In this document: positions 55,016-64,000 of the stretch, piece by piece | Numbering within the stretch: the first letter of the stretch is position 1 | Layout of the letters: each line of letters opens with the position of its first letter | Virus record (IMG/VR): IMGVR_UViG_3300032295_001004 | Location: 3,068 to 67,067 of that record | DNA length: 64,000 bases | Strand: one strand, 5' to 3' | DNA from: a virus | Taxonomy: Duplodnaviria > Caudoviricetes | Translations under genes and position numbers: made by a program | The notes under the pieces: generated by a model | What the model saw: the letters and a program-made list of their open reading frames with translations, nothing else | What the model was told of the DNA's origin: nothing | The model's database searches: none

Positions 55016-57427
55016 ATGAGCACCATTAGTAATTTACCCATAATAAACACCTTTACTGGTACTCTGATTATACCCGTTTCAGATGGTAGTAAGACTTACC
55101 AAGCAACTAGCCAACAGATTTCAGATTTTATCAGGCCGGGACTTTCCGTAGGATCAACTGGTCCACAAGGTCCAGTTGGTATACAAGGTGCCACAGGTCA
55201 ATTTGGTAGTACAGGTGCAAGTGGTGCCACAGGGTTACAAGGTGGTACAGGTGCTACTGGTCAAGGAGCCACTGGTGCTACTGGATCCGCCGGTGCAACC
55301 GGTCTTACAGGTGCTACTGGCCCTCAGGGTATACCTGGATCTGCTGCTGCTGCCGGAGGAACAGGGTCTACTGGAGCCACTGGATCACAGGGTGCTACTG
55401 GTGCAACAGGACAGCAAGGTGCAACTGGGGAAGGTGCAACTGGTGCTACTGGACCTCAAGGAATACCTGGTACATTTGCAGGTCAAGGCGGAACAGGTGC
55501 TACTGGTCCAGAAGGAGCAACAGGTGCTACCGGATTAGGAGCAACTGGTGCTACTGGACCTATTGGACCGTCATTTACTATTGATGCATTAGGAAGCTAT
55601 CCTACACCGTTCGATGAAAGAAGCCAGTACGATGATAGAGCATTCGGGTTCACATTCTTAGCAACTAATACTGGATTATTATATTATAAATTAAATGGGT
55701 TCGGTAATTGGACTACTGGCATTCCGTTTGGCGGTGCAGGTTCTACAGGTGCTACTGGATCAGGAGCAACAGGTGCTACTGGATTAGGAGCAACAGGTGC
55801 TACTGGAACTATAGGAGGTACAGGCGCTACTGGGCAAGGTTCAACTGGTGCTACTGGAATTCAAGGTGTACAAGGAGATGTAGGTACTACAGGTGCAACA
55901 GGTGCTACTGGATTAGGAGCAACAGGTGCTACTGGACAATGGGGTAGCACAGGTTCTACAGGAGCTACGGGTAACATAGGTGGCACAGGTGCTACCGGAC
56001 CGCAAGGTAATCCAGGAGTAAGTGATGTGCCTGGTGCAACAGGTGCTACTGGTGTAGGAGATACAGGTGCTACTGGACCTCAAGGTTTTGTTGGTGCAAG
56101 TGGTGCTACTGGCGGTCCTGGAGCAACAGGTGCTACTGGAGCAGGTGCTACTGGTGCTAGCGGTCCAGAAGGTCCTCAAGGTAATCAGGGAGCAACAGGT
56201 CCAGAAGGTGCAACAGGTGCTACTGGTATAGGCTCTACTGGAGCAACAGGACCACAAGGAGGAACAGGTGCTACAGGTGCAGGTGCAACAGGAGCAACAG
56301 GTCCTACTGGCGCAACAGGTGCTGACAGCACAATACCAGGTGCTACTGGACCTCAAGGCGCTACCGGTGCAACAGGATTTAGTCTTCCCGGAAGTACAGG
56401 TGCTACTGGCGCTACCGGAGGTACCGGTCCAGAAGGAGCAACAGGAGCTACTGGAAATCCAGGTCTAGTAGGATCAAGTGGAGCGACTGGTGCTACAGGA
56501 TTAGTTGGTGCTACAGGATCAGGTGCTACAGGTGCCACTGGTATAGGTTCCACAGGTGCTGATGGTGCAACTGGACCTGTAGGTGCAAGTGGACCAACTG
56601 GTGCTACAGGGCCGTTTGGTCCAGCCGGTACTATTGAGATTAGTACAGTTACTTCAATTACATGGACATATACTGCCACTGTTATTAATCTAGGGTCGAC
56701 AGGAAATGCAATTTTATCATTCTTTATTCCGTCAGGAGCTCCGGGTGCTACAGGATCATTAGGACCTACAGGAGATACAGGAGCTAGCGGCGCTACTGGT
56801 GCGTTTGGATCAACAGGTGCTACTGGTCCATTAGGATCAACAGGTGCTACTGGTCCAGAAGGTCCAGTAGGAGTAGGAACGGTAGGTGCTACTGGTGCTC
56901 AAGGTAATGCTGGCGCAACTGGTGCAACCGGTATTAGTACACAATCTAATCAATTGTTTGTTCAAGAATTAGTAACTTATCAAAATGCCAATACCGCTGC
57001 GGTGCCAAATACTGTTGCGGCAAGAAATGCAAATGGTGATTTATTTGCAGTTTTATTCCAAGGAACAGCAACATCAGCCTACTACGCTGACTTGGCGGAA
57101 AAATATCTTGCAGATCGAGAATATGAAATTGGCACAGTAGTAACTGTAGGCGGTATTAAAGAAGTAACAGCCGTTACGACATCTGATTGTTATGTAGTCG
57201 GCGTAGTATCTGGTGCGCCAGCGTATATGATGAACAGCGGACTTACAGGCGGAACATACATTGCGTTAACTGGACGAGTTCCGGTTAGAATTGAAGGATA
57301 TGTAGTTAAAGGCGATCCTATTTGGCCGTTCGGTGACGGTAAAGGAACAAGTGTAAGCAATGGACGCCAACCATTTGCTTTTGCTCTAGAAAGCGGATTT
57401 GGTGTAGTGGAGTGTTTAGTTAAATGA
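55016..57427 (+). CDS. Collagen-like (Gly-Ala-Thr) fibre protein with C-terminal ADLAEKY domain
   Basis: Long GAT/GST/GPQ triplet runs; C-terminus [15 protein letters not shown]. Confidence 0.85.
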   Translation: MSTISNLPIINTFTGTLIIPVSDGSKTYQATSQQISDFIRPGLSVGSTGPQGPVGIQGATGQFGSTGASGATGLQGGTGATGQGATGATGSAGATGLTGATGPQGIPGSAAAAGGTGSTGATGSQGATGATGQQGATGEGATGATGPQGIPGTFAGQGGTGATGPEGATGATGLGATGATGPIGPSFTIDALGSYPTPFDERSQYDDRAFGFTFLATNTGLLYYKLNGFGNWTTGIPFGGAGSTGATGSGATGATGLGATGATGTIGGTGATGQGSTGATGIQGVQGDVGTTGATGATGLGATGATGQWGSTGSTGATGNIGGTGATGPQGNPGVSDVPGATGATGVGDTGATGPQGFVGASGATGGPGATGATGAGATGASGPEGPQGNQGATGPEGATGATGIGSTGATGPQGGTGATGAGATGATGPTGATGADSTIPGATGPQGATGATGFSLPGSTGATGATGGTGPEGATGATGNPGLVGSSGATGATGLVGATGSGATGATGIGSTGADGATGPVGASGPTGATGPFGPAGTIEISTVTSITWTYTATVINLGSTGNAILSFFIPSGAPGATGSLGPTGDTGASGATGAFGSTGATGPLGSTGATGPEGPVGVGTVGATGAQGNAGATGATGISTQSNQLFVQELVTYQNANTAAVPNTVAARNANGDLFAVLFQGTATSAYYADLAEKYLADREYEIGTVVTVGGIKEVTAVTTSDCYVVGVVSGAPAYMMNSGLTGGTYIALTGRVPVRIEGYVVKGDPIWPFGDGKGTSVSNGRQPFAFALESGFGVVECLVK
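55148..56935 (+). repeat. Degenerate collagen-coding tandem repeats
   Basis: The 21-mer GGAGCAACAGGTGCTACTGGA recurs at 55763, 55787, 55916 and 56120, with many near-copies. Boundaries approximate. Confidence 0.8.
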
Positions 57428-58959
57428 GTACCATCAGTAATTTACCCGTCGTAACTACAGTTACAGGAGGACTTGTTCTTCCTGTAATGGATAACGGAAA
57501 AACTAAACAGATAAGTCTTGATGCTATCGGCAGCTACATTAATAACGAATTAGAAAGTACAATATTACCCCCGGCATCTACATCAACACTGGGCGGAATT
57601 ATTGTAGGTGACGGACTTGCTATTACAACTAGCGGATCATTAAGTATTGTTGATAGAATTAATATTATTGCTACTACATCTACACTAGGCGGTGTTATAG
57701 CTGGCAATGGAGTAAGTATTACACCGAGTGGTGTTATTAGTGTCAATACTAGTCAACCAATTGCGTCTACTACAACTGTGGGCATTGTTAAAATTGGTGC
57801 TAACATTAATATCACAACCAGCGGTACAATAAGTGTTGCTGCTCCATTTGTTCTAGCTACTGCAACTGATACCGTTTTAGGTGGTATCAAAATTGGCAGC
57901 GGGTTAACAATATCAGATGGGGTTCTCTCTAATCCTAATATTGGCGCAACTGGCGCAACTGGTCCAATCGGCGATACCGGAACTTACATTGTAAGTGTTG
58001 AAGTAGTCAGCGACAACTTAATTGTGACTACTAGCGATGGTAACAGTATTAATGCTGGACGAGTTTTAGGTCCAAGTGGTGCTACTGGTATAGGTGCCAC
58101 TGGATTAACAGGTGCAATTGGCTCAACAGGTGCTCGAGGCTCAACAGGTGCTACTGGACCTCAAGGACCAAGTGGAGTAGCAACATATCAAGGTGCCACT
58201 GGTCCACTAGGATCTACTGGTGCTACTGGACCTAAAGGAGACCCAGGTGGTCCAATTGGAAGTACAGGTGCTACTGGCCCTCAAGGTATACCAGGTAGAG
58301 GATATGCAGGACCTATAGGTAACAACGGTGCTACTGGAGCAACAGGTCCAGAAGGTGCTACAGGACCATCAGGCGGACCGACTGGTGCTACTGGATTTAC
58401 AGGAGCAACTGGTGCTCAGGGAGACCCAGGAGGTGCTACTGGTTTAACGGGCAGTACAGGCTCTACTGGTTTAACGGGCAGTACAGGCTTTAATGGTGCA
58501 ACCGGATTAACGGGAGCCACTGGAACTTCTGGCATCAACGGAAGTACTGGCGCAACTGGTTTGCAAGGCGGTACAGGAGCAACTGGATTTACAGGAGCAA
58601 CTGGTGCAGACGGGTTGTTTGCTGGTCAAGGTGCTACAGGCGCAACTGGTAGTGCAGTATTAGTTGGTAATACTTACACTATTCAAACACTATATGTTAG
58701 TACACTAACTGTATCAGGTGTTGGAATTGGAACAATTCAATCAGGCAACGATTTAGCACTAAAAGCAGTTGGACAAATCACAGCTAACGCACCCTTTGTA
58801 TTATCCACTGCTACAACATCTACACTAGCAAGTATCGGTGCTATTACACAACAAGGCGCCCTTGTTCTTGCAATTGACGCCAATGGTGTTAGACAGCCTG
58901 CATATTTTGACGGAACATATTGGTGGACATTTGGCGGAACTAGAACAAGGATTTATTAA
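57424..58959 (+). CDS. Second collagen-like fibre protein with ATTSTLGG-type repeats
   Basis: Four ~38-aa repeats ([40 protein letters not shown]), then GAT triplets. Confidence 0.82.
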   Translation: MSTISNLPVVTTVTGGLVLPVMDNGKTKQISLDAIGSYINNELESTILPPASTSTLGGIIVGDGLAITTSGSLSIVDRINIIATTSTLGGVIAGNGVSITPSGVISVNTSQPIASTTTVGIVKIGANINITTSGTISVAAPFVLATATDTVLGGIKIGSGLTISDGVLSNPNIGATGATGPIGDTGTYIVSVEVVSDNLIVTTSDGNSINAGRVLGPSGATGIGATGLTGAIGSTGARGSTGATGPQGPSGVATYQGATGPLGSTGATGPKGDPGGPIGSTGATGPQGIPGRGYAGPIGNNGATGATGPEGATGPSGGPTGATGFTGATGAQGDPGGATGLTGSTGSTGLTGSTGFNGATGLTGATGTSGINGSTGATGLQGGTGATGFTGATGADGLFAGQGATGATGSAVLVGNTYTIQTLYVSTLTVSGVGIGTIQSGNDLALKAVGQITANAPFVLSTATTSTLASIGAITQQGALVLAIDANGVRQPAYFDGTYWWTFGGTRTRIY

Positions 58960-60527
58960 TGTTACATAAATTTTTTGTTGTAGTCGACGATCCGGCATAC
59001 AAAGAGGAAATTCATAGTGAATTAATGTCTCCTGTGGGAGATGACATTATCCCTGCCCGAAATGTACAAGCACTCGATACAATGCCAGGCAGTGAGTATA
59101 ACGGTACATTTTATCTAACACAGGAAGAAGCAGATGCTTTAATGTCTGATCTTAGAATTAAAAGCGTCACTAGAGATGCCGAGTCATTAGGTATTCAAAA
59201 AAAATTACTAGGAACAAGAAGCGGTGTGTTCTATAGAGACGGCTCTCCTATTATATCCAATACACATAAAAACTGGGGACTAGTTAGAAGCCTGTTTAAA
59301 GAAAACAACTACGGATCATTAAACACCACTTCTACACAGTACACATATAATTTAGACGGATCTGGAGTAGATGTTATAGTGATGGACAGTGGCATTGAAT
59401 CAGGACACCCTGAATTTGCTGTTAATGCAGATGGAACTGGTGGATCTAGAGTTGTTAATCATGACTGGACACAATACGGATATCTATCAACACCTGTAGG
59501 CGGCTTTGACGGTGACTGCGACGGTCACGGCAGTAATTGTGCCAGTATCGCTGCGGGCAACACATGTGGATGGGCAAGTGGTGCTAAAATATACAGTTTA
59601 AGATGTGTTGGCACAGGCGCATTTATAGAAACCAGTATATTCGATGGAAGAGAATTAGAAATTTTAGATAATATTGCTTGTTGGCAAAGTATTAGGGCGT
59701 TCCATAATGCTAAGCCTATTGATCCTGCAACAGGATATAAAAGACCTACAATTGTAAATTGTAGCTTTGGATATTTCAATCCTTATACTAGAGTAACTTC
59801 TATCACATATAGAGGATCTACATTTGCAGCCAATACTACTAGCGGAACTTATGGTACCATAGGAAGACCACAGGGAGGTATAGGAGTTCATGGAATTGAC
59901 TATCCTCCCGAAGATGCAGAAATAAGAAGCTGCTTAAATGCTGGGATTATAATTATAGGTGCAGCAGGAAACGATAGACACAAAATAGATGTATCAACTG
60001 GTGCTGATTATAATAATCAATGGACAGAATATACAGGGTTCTCTTACTACTATCACAGAGGTGGAACACCTACTTGGAACCCAGGAGTAATCATGGTAGG
60101 ATGCATTGCATCAGCTGCCAACACTGCTGCTGATTCCGAACATAAAAGAAATTTTAGCAACTCAGGTCCACGGGTTGATATTTGGGCGCCAGGCGATTAC
60201 ATTATGGGTGCGTATGCTAATGCTGACTATGCAACTGCTGCTGTAGCCGATCCTCGAAATTCCTCGTATTACTTAAACAAAGTATCCGGAACTAGTCAGG
60301 CTTGCCCACAAGTTGCCGGAGTACTTGCATGTGTATTACAAATGAGGCCGTGGTTTACTGCCACTAACGCTATGAATTGGCTTACCGCAGTATCCCCACC
60401 CTGGCCAGTGAATGAAGCGTTCTATGGAGGGTCTGGATATACAAGTTTCGGTAGTTTGCAAGGCGGGCCAAATAGAGCATTATATATGCCTTACAATTTA
60501 CCAGATCCAGTAACAATCACTGGATAA
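58959..60527 (+). CDS. Subtilisin-family (S8) serine protease
   Basis: VIVMDSG (Asp), GHGSNCAS (His), AAGN (oxyanion Asn), SGTSQACP (Ser), DIWAPG. Confidence 0.92.
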   Translation: MLHKFFVVVDDPAYKEEIHSELMSPVGDDIIPARNVQALDTMPGSEYNGTFYLTQEEADALMSDLRIKSVTRDAESLGIQKKLLGTRSGVFYRDGSPIISNTHKNWGLVRSLFKENNYGSLNTTSTQYTYNLDGSGVDVIVMDSGIESGHPEFAVNADGTGGSRVVNHDWTQYGYLSTPVGGFDGDCDGHGSNCASIAAGNTCGWASGAKIYSLRCVGTGAFIETSIFDGRELEILDNIACWQSIRAFHNAKPIDPATGYKRPTIVNCSFGYFNPYTRVTSITYRGSTFAANTTSGTYGTIGRPQGGIGVHGIDYPPEDAEIRSCLNAGIIIIGAAGNDRHKIDVSTGADYNNQWTEYTGFSYYYHRGGTPTWNPGVIMVGCIASAANTAADSEHKRNFSNSGPRVDIWAPGDYIMGAYANADYATAAVADPRNSSYYLNKVSGTSQACPQVAGVLACVLQMRPWFTATNAMNWLTAVSPPWPVNEAFYGGSGYTSFGSLQGGPNRALYMPYNLPDPVTITG

Positions 60528-60530
60528 ATA
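60524..60530 (+). promoter_or_regulatory. Late-type promoter
   Basis: ATAAATA 21 nt before ATG 60552. Confidence 0.55.
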
Positions 60531-60551
60531 TTAGACTTAGCGAGATCTTAA

Positions 60552-61754
60552 ATGGCCAGTACTCTAACGAATTATAGCAATAATATTAATACATTGTATC
60601 CTGTTGCAGGGCAAGACAATGATACCCAAGGTTTTAGGAACAACTTTTCCTATATACAAAAATCATTCTCAGCAGCAGCTGGGGAGATTTCTAGCCTACA
60701 ACAAACTACACCCAAATTAAATGCGGCTGTTAGCGATTTTAATAACAATAAAATTTATAGGGCTAGTCTAGTTGGCGGCGGAAATTATGCTCCCACTATG
60801 TATAGTATTAGTACTAATACAGAATTAAGCTACTTGCAAGGAAGCTATCAAAAAATAGCAATTGCAAATACACTTACTATTTCAATTGTTGACTGGCCGC
60901 CAGCTACTATACAAGGAAAAATTGCATTAGAATTAAGCAATGCAAATAATACAGGATCATATACTGTAAATTTTGCTGCTAGTTATTCTGGGCAACTTGT
61001 TAAAGAACCTAATTTAAATTTACCTATTAATATTCCTGCAAGTACATCAACATATCAAATAGTAGAACTATGGTCTACTGATGCAGGAGAAACTGTATTT
61101 GTAAAAGCTGTTGGTAGCATGGGTGCGTTAGCTGATAACATTTACTATGTTACTAGTTCTTCGTTTGCTACAACTGCCACTAATGCAACTACTGCCACTT
61201 ACGCATTAACAGCAGGAGTTGCAAACGGTGTTAGCACACTAACTAATTTAAAAGTTGGAACAGCAAATATTGCTGCTACTTCTAGCAATTTAGTAGTATC
61301 CGGAACAACTGGAATTAAAACTCTTACTACACAGACTTTTACAAAAAATTATGTAGGCGGAACTGTTGGTCCATCTCTAAATCTTACTTCGTTAACACTA
61401 AACAATGCTTACGAAATAAAGCCCGGTGATGTATTTAGAATATTCCCTACAGAAACAGCTACTCATATTATTTCAACTATTAATACTATTACAGGTGTAA
61501 TAACATTCCCAGCATTCAGTTCTGATGAAGCAAATAGTAGAGGCGTTACTACTAATAGTCCTATTAATATTTTTAGAGAAATGAATTATAGCAATATGAT
61601 GTATGCTACAGATGTTCCAGATAGTCCAATGGGTAGACCTGGAGACAGAGCAGGAACGGTTGCAGCAACTTCATCATCTGTTTATATGTGCTATGCAAAT
61701 TATGTAAACACAACAACTCAAATCTGGACTAAACTAACTGCGGCTTGGTGGTAA
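60552..61754 (+). CDS. Probable virion structural protein
   Basis: INTLYPVAGQDNDTQGFRNNF N-terminal motif; Thr/Ser-rich beta body; fibre-like C-terminus (GDRAG...YMC..NY...QIW). Confidence 0.6.
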   Translation: MASTLTNYSNNINTLYPVAGQDNDTQGFRNNFSYIQKSFSAAAGEISSLQQTTPKLNAAVSDFNNNKIYRASLVGGGNYAPTMYSISTNTELSYLQGSYQKIAIANTLTISIVDWPPATIQGKIALELSNANNTGSYTVNFAASYSGQLVKEPNLNLPINIPASTSTYQIVELWSTDAGETVFVKAVGSMGALADNIYYVTSSSFATTATNATTATYALTAGVANGVSTLTNLKVGTANIAATSSNLVVSGTTGIKTLTTQTFTKNYVGGTVGPSLNLTSLTLNNAYEIKPGDVFRIFPTETATHIISTINTITGVITFPAFSSDEANSRGVTTNSPINIFREMNYSNMMYATDVPDSPMGRPGDRAGTVAATSSSVYMCYANYVNTTTQIWTKLTAAWW

Positions 61755-61756
61755 TA

Positions 61757-61999
61757 ATGTATCATCCATTACTAGGTAACCCTGCTGAAATTAAAGATGC
61801 TGATCTAGAAAATAAGATCAACGAACTTCAACGAAAGTATAGTATTGCTGCCAGGACTGGAATGAATGATGTGTTACCACAGATTGCCATGGTAATCGAA
61901 GCATACAGGACTGAAATGACCAAGCGACATTCACAGTCGCTGAAAAAGGCTACTAAAAACTCCAATAAGGACTTGGACGACTTGATCAAGGTTAATTAA
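61757..61999 (+). CDS. Hypothetical helical protein
   Basis: MYHPLLG... 80 aa. Confidence 0.6.
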   Translation: MYHPLLGNPAEIKDADLENKINELQRKYSIAARTGMNDVLPQIAMVIEAYRTEMTKRHSQSLKKATKNSNKDLDDLIKVN

Positions 62000-62010
62000 T
62001 CTGCTATACT
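61982..62010 (+). promoter_or_regulatory. Probable sigma70 promoter
   Basis: TTGATC-N17-TATACT. Confidence 0.55.
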
Positions 62011-62016
62011 AGCAGT

Positions 62017-62538
62017 ATGAGAGTTGACAAATACGGACAAGTTATTCTAAATGTAGATGAAATTATTGCTGGATTATATTCCGGCAAAATTACCAACTTG
62101 TCCAAAGTGTTTACAGATAACACTAATTCAATACAACAATTTAACTCTGCCGTTAAAGAAAACTACGATAATTTTCCAACTATCGAAATTTACAAAGAAT
62201 CTGACGATAGCATAGAGTTTTTTGATGAAGCTAATCAATGCGATTGGTTTATGCCAGAAGATACTGTCAAAGAAAATCTAGTAGAAATGTTGTACAGTAT
62301 GTGTACTACAGAAGTACAGCGCAGACGAGTAGATGAAGAACTAGAATTGTTTATTCAACATGGCATGTTTGACCTGTTGTTTTATCTTAAATACTTAGTA
62401 GATACAATGCGTGAAAACAAGGTTGTATGGGGTGTAGGTCGTGGTAGTAGTGTTGCCAGCTATGTATTGTACTTAATCGGTATTCACAAAGTTGACAGTA
62501 TCAAGTATAATCTCGACATTAGAGAATTTTTAAAATAG
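62017..62538 (+). CDS. dnaE: Stand-alone fragment of DNA polymerase III alpha subunit (C-family)
   Basis: RVDEELELF...LFYLKYLVDTMRENKVVWGVGRGSSVASYVLYLIGIHKVDSIKYNL matches the DnaE GRGS region; only 173 aa. Confidence 0.75.
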   Translation: MRVDKYGQVILNVDEIIAGLYSGKITNLSKVFTDNTNSIQQFNSAVKENYDNFPTIEIYKESDDSIEFFDEANQCDWFMPEDTVKENLVEMLYSMCTTEVQRRRVDEELELFIQHGMFDLLFYLKYLVDTMRENKVVWGVGRGSSVASYVLYLIGIHKVDSIKYNLDIREFLK

Positions 62539-62547
62539 GAGACTTAA

Positions 62548-62847
62548 ATGTCCAAAAAATCATATAGATCAATGCTAGGCCGTGAAATTGACATGGACTC
62601 ATTGCTAGAAAAAAATCAAACGATGCCTGCTGTAGGTAATGTTCGCATGAACGCTCGCGGAGACGAATTAGGTCCTGGTGGTAAGATTATTAAAAAGCGT
62701 GAAGAAGTAGTTACCGCTTACTACGAAAATAATCCAATGGCTAGGCCTGCTGCGGTTTCAACTGCACAACCAAAACAAGAGCCAGCACCGTTAATTCAGC
62801 AAGAAGTTAAGCCAATTAAAGTTATCAAGACAAAAGGTGACGAATGA
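62548..62847 (+). CDS. Hypothetical protein
   Basis: YRSMLGREIDMDSL...AVGNVRMNARGDELGPGG; AGGAG RBS. Confidence 0.65.
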   Translation: MSKKSYRSMLGREIDMDSLLEKNQTMPAVGNVRMNARGDELGPGGKIIKKREEVVTAYYENNPMARPAAVSTAQPKQEPAPLIQQEVKPIKVIKTKGDE

Positions 62848-63206
62848 AAGTAACTGGAAAAGTTAGTCCATTAGGAGACAAGGTTATTGTTTCTGATATG
62901 GAGTTTGGTGAGCAACGGACAAAATCCGGTCTGTATATACCCTCAGATGATGCAAAATCTAGCGGCATTCACCCTCGTTGGGGTAAGGTATGGGCAATTG
63001 GACCCGAACAGAAAGATGTCAAAGTAGGCGAATGGGTTCTTATTGAACACGGTCGCTGGAGCAGAACTGCCGAATATGAAAACGAAGATGGTAGTATCAC
63101 AGAAATTCGATTAGCAGATAACGCAGCCATCTTGTTAGCCGCTGATGAAAAGCCAGATGATGTAGAACGCATTGTTATGGGCGCATTTAACTTAAACACA
63201 CAATAA
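62844..63206 (+). CDS. groES: GroES/Cpn10-like co-chaperonin
   Basis: VSPLGDKVIV, TKSGLYIP mobile loop, GKVWAIGPE..DVKVGEWVL. Confidence 0.8.
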   Translation: MKVTGKVSPLGDKVIVSDMEFGEQRTKSGLYIPSDDAKSSGIHPRWGKVWAIGPEQKDVKVGEWVLIEHGRWSRTAEYENEDGSITEIRLADNAAILLAADEKPDDVERIVMGAFNLNTQ

Positions 63207-63580
63207 TGACAAATCCTTTTAGAGACCAAGAAAAATTTATGCGGGCCAGCGATCAAACTGTTGGCGAACTTAATGAGGCGCAGTACAAACTATACTTAGA
63301 CCTTATGGATGAAGAATGGAAAGAGCTTAAGACTGCTCTCCTAATGGAAGACCGTGTAGAGCAGTTAGATGCTCTATTAGACTTCATTGTTGTTACTATC
63401 GGTGCTATCCATAGTGGCGGATTCGATGGTGAAGGTGGTTGGAAAGAAGTTATCGGCACCAACTTGGCTAAGATTGACAAGGAAACTGGCAAAGTTCGCA
63501 AGCGTGAAGATGGCAAAGTACTTAAACCGATCGGTTGGGTTCCTCCTAACTTAGAACCATTTGTTTCTAAAACTAAGTAA
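63206..63580 (+). CDS. MazG-like/PRA-PH nucleoside triphosphate pyrophosphohydrolase
   Basis: MDEEWKEL...EQLDALLDFIVV...NLAK...KREDGKVLKP.GW.PP. Confidence 0.75.
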   Translation: MTNPFRDQEKFMRASDQTVGELNEAQYKLYLDLMDEEWKELKTALLMEDRVEQLDALLDFIVVTIGAIHSGGFDGEGGWKEVIGTNLAKIDKETGKVRKREDGKVLKPIGWVPPNLEPFVSKTK

Positions 63581-63582
63581 CC

Positions 63583-63619
63583 AAAGGGTCTTGACAGACC
63601 CTTTTTTATCCTCTATAAT
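63583..63619 (+). terminator. Terminator hairpin whose loop is the -35 box of the next promoter
   Basis: AAAGGGTC-TTGACA-GACCCTTT plus T-run; TTGACA-N17-TATAAT(63614). Confidence 0.82.
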
Positions 63620-63625
63620 TTATAC

Positions 63626-63877
63626 ATGGGATTTAGATACCTTTACTCAGCAAATGATATGGCAGACGCAGTCAGAACAATAAATGCTATCAAGTATGAT
63701 GCCTGCGATATGAAAAACGACAGTTATGTTCAATGGGGCGCAAAGCAAGATCTATATAGATTGAAGTGGATACTCGACCAAGCTCTCAGAGACTGTCCTA
63801 CATTCTCGCCAGAAGAAGAATGGCTTAAAGAACAAGAACAAAAGAAAATTATAAAGTACCTTAAAGATGAAATGTAA
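63626..63877 (+). CDS. Hypothetical protein
   Basis: 83 aa ORF after the promoter. Confidence 0.6.
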   Translation: MGFRYLYSANDMADAVRTINAIKYDACDMKNDSYVQWGAKQDLYRLKWILDQALRDCPTFSPEEEWLKEQEQKKIIKYLKDEM

Positions 63878-64000
63878 TACATGTAATAAAGAATACACAC
63901 CCGAATGCGATTATAATCAAGGACGGTGTCCACATCATCCTCCTATAATTAATATTCAACCAAAAGATACCAGTAACGGGCATTTCTTTGCCAGCCTAGC
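63867..64000 (+). CDS. Cys-rich small protein (partial, runs off the window)
   Basis: MKCNTCNKEYTPECDYNQGRCPHHPP... Confidence 0.5.
   Translation, partial: MKCNTCNKEYTPECDYNQGRCPHHPPIINIQPKDTSNGHFFASL

Noticed and set aside
55176-56679. Alternative-frame and antisense ORFs over the collagen gene (e.g. 55708, 55913, 56353)
   Set aside because: By-products of low-complexity triplet repeats that lack stops; no RBS or promoter.
55148-58660. CRISPR-like or ice-nucleation-type repeat array
   Set aside because: The repeats are in-frame collagen Gly-X-Y codons with no unique spacers, and they lack the AGYGSTxTA ice-nucleation consensus.
62017-62560. Split intein or group I intron in dnaE
   Set aside because: No intein N-terminal Cys/Ser block follows the extein; a clean stop, RBS and unrelated gene come next.
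1-64000. Stop-codon reassignment (alternative genetic code)
   Set aside because: Long genes are intact under code 11, with tight stop/start coupling using TAA and TGA; no suppressor tRNA seen.
1-64000. Integrase, transposase, reverse transcriptase/DGR, rRNA
   Set aside because: No catalytic motifs or template/variable repeat pairs were recognised in the window.

Overview
A 64 kb fragment of a large tailed dsDNA phage genome (jumbo-phage-like, standard genetic code). The evidence is dense, often overlapping ORFs, host-type sigma70 promoters (TTGACA-N17-TATAAT/TATACT), T4-like late promoter motifs (TATAAATA/ATAAATA), CCA-ending tRNAs, virion fibre/baseplate-type genes, and no rRNA or cellular housekeeping operons. 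Layout: (1) 1-6.7 kb holds heptose (HldE) genes, two 2OG-oxygenase-like ORFs, three tRNAs, a phosphatase, a kinase, a phosphoesterase and a lipoprotein. (2) 6.7-23.5 kb is a ~17 kb cluster resembling a secondary-metabolite biosynthetic gene cluster and preceded by late-type promoter motifs. It encodes two B12-type radical SAM enzymes, two SPASM/twitch radical SAMs, six 2OG-Fe(II)-type oxygenase domains, two PP-loop (AsnB-like) adenylating enzymes, a remodelled PurD-like ATP-grasp ligase, methyltransferases, a Bug/TctC solute-binding protein, and a translationally coupled GNAT-ACP-PP-loop-GNAT-desaturase-oxygenase operon. Directly next to it lies an unusual 110-nt tRNA-Leu-like RNA with its own promoter. 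(3) 23.7-32 kb holds tRNAs and sugar-modification genes (GT17, GT-B, GT-A, GalE, class II aldolase). (4) 32-45 kb holds small hypothetical genes plus ClpP, a peptidase S11, QueD, a UDP-GlcA decarboxylase and UvsE. (5) 45-62 kb is a structural operon: a giant fibre/baseplate protein, an Ig-like protein, two Gly-Ala-Thr collagen-like fibres and a subtilisin. (6) 62-64 kb holds a stand-alone DnaE fragment, a GroES-like protein and a MazG-like protein. Functional calls rest on motifs read by eye; no database searches were run.
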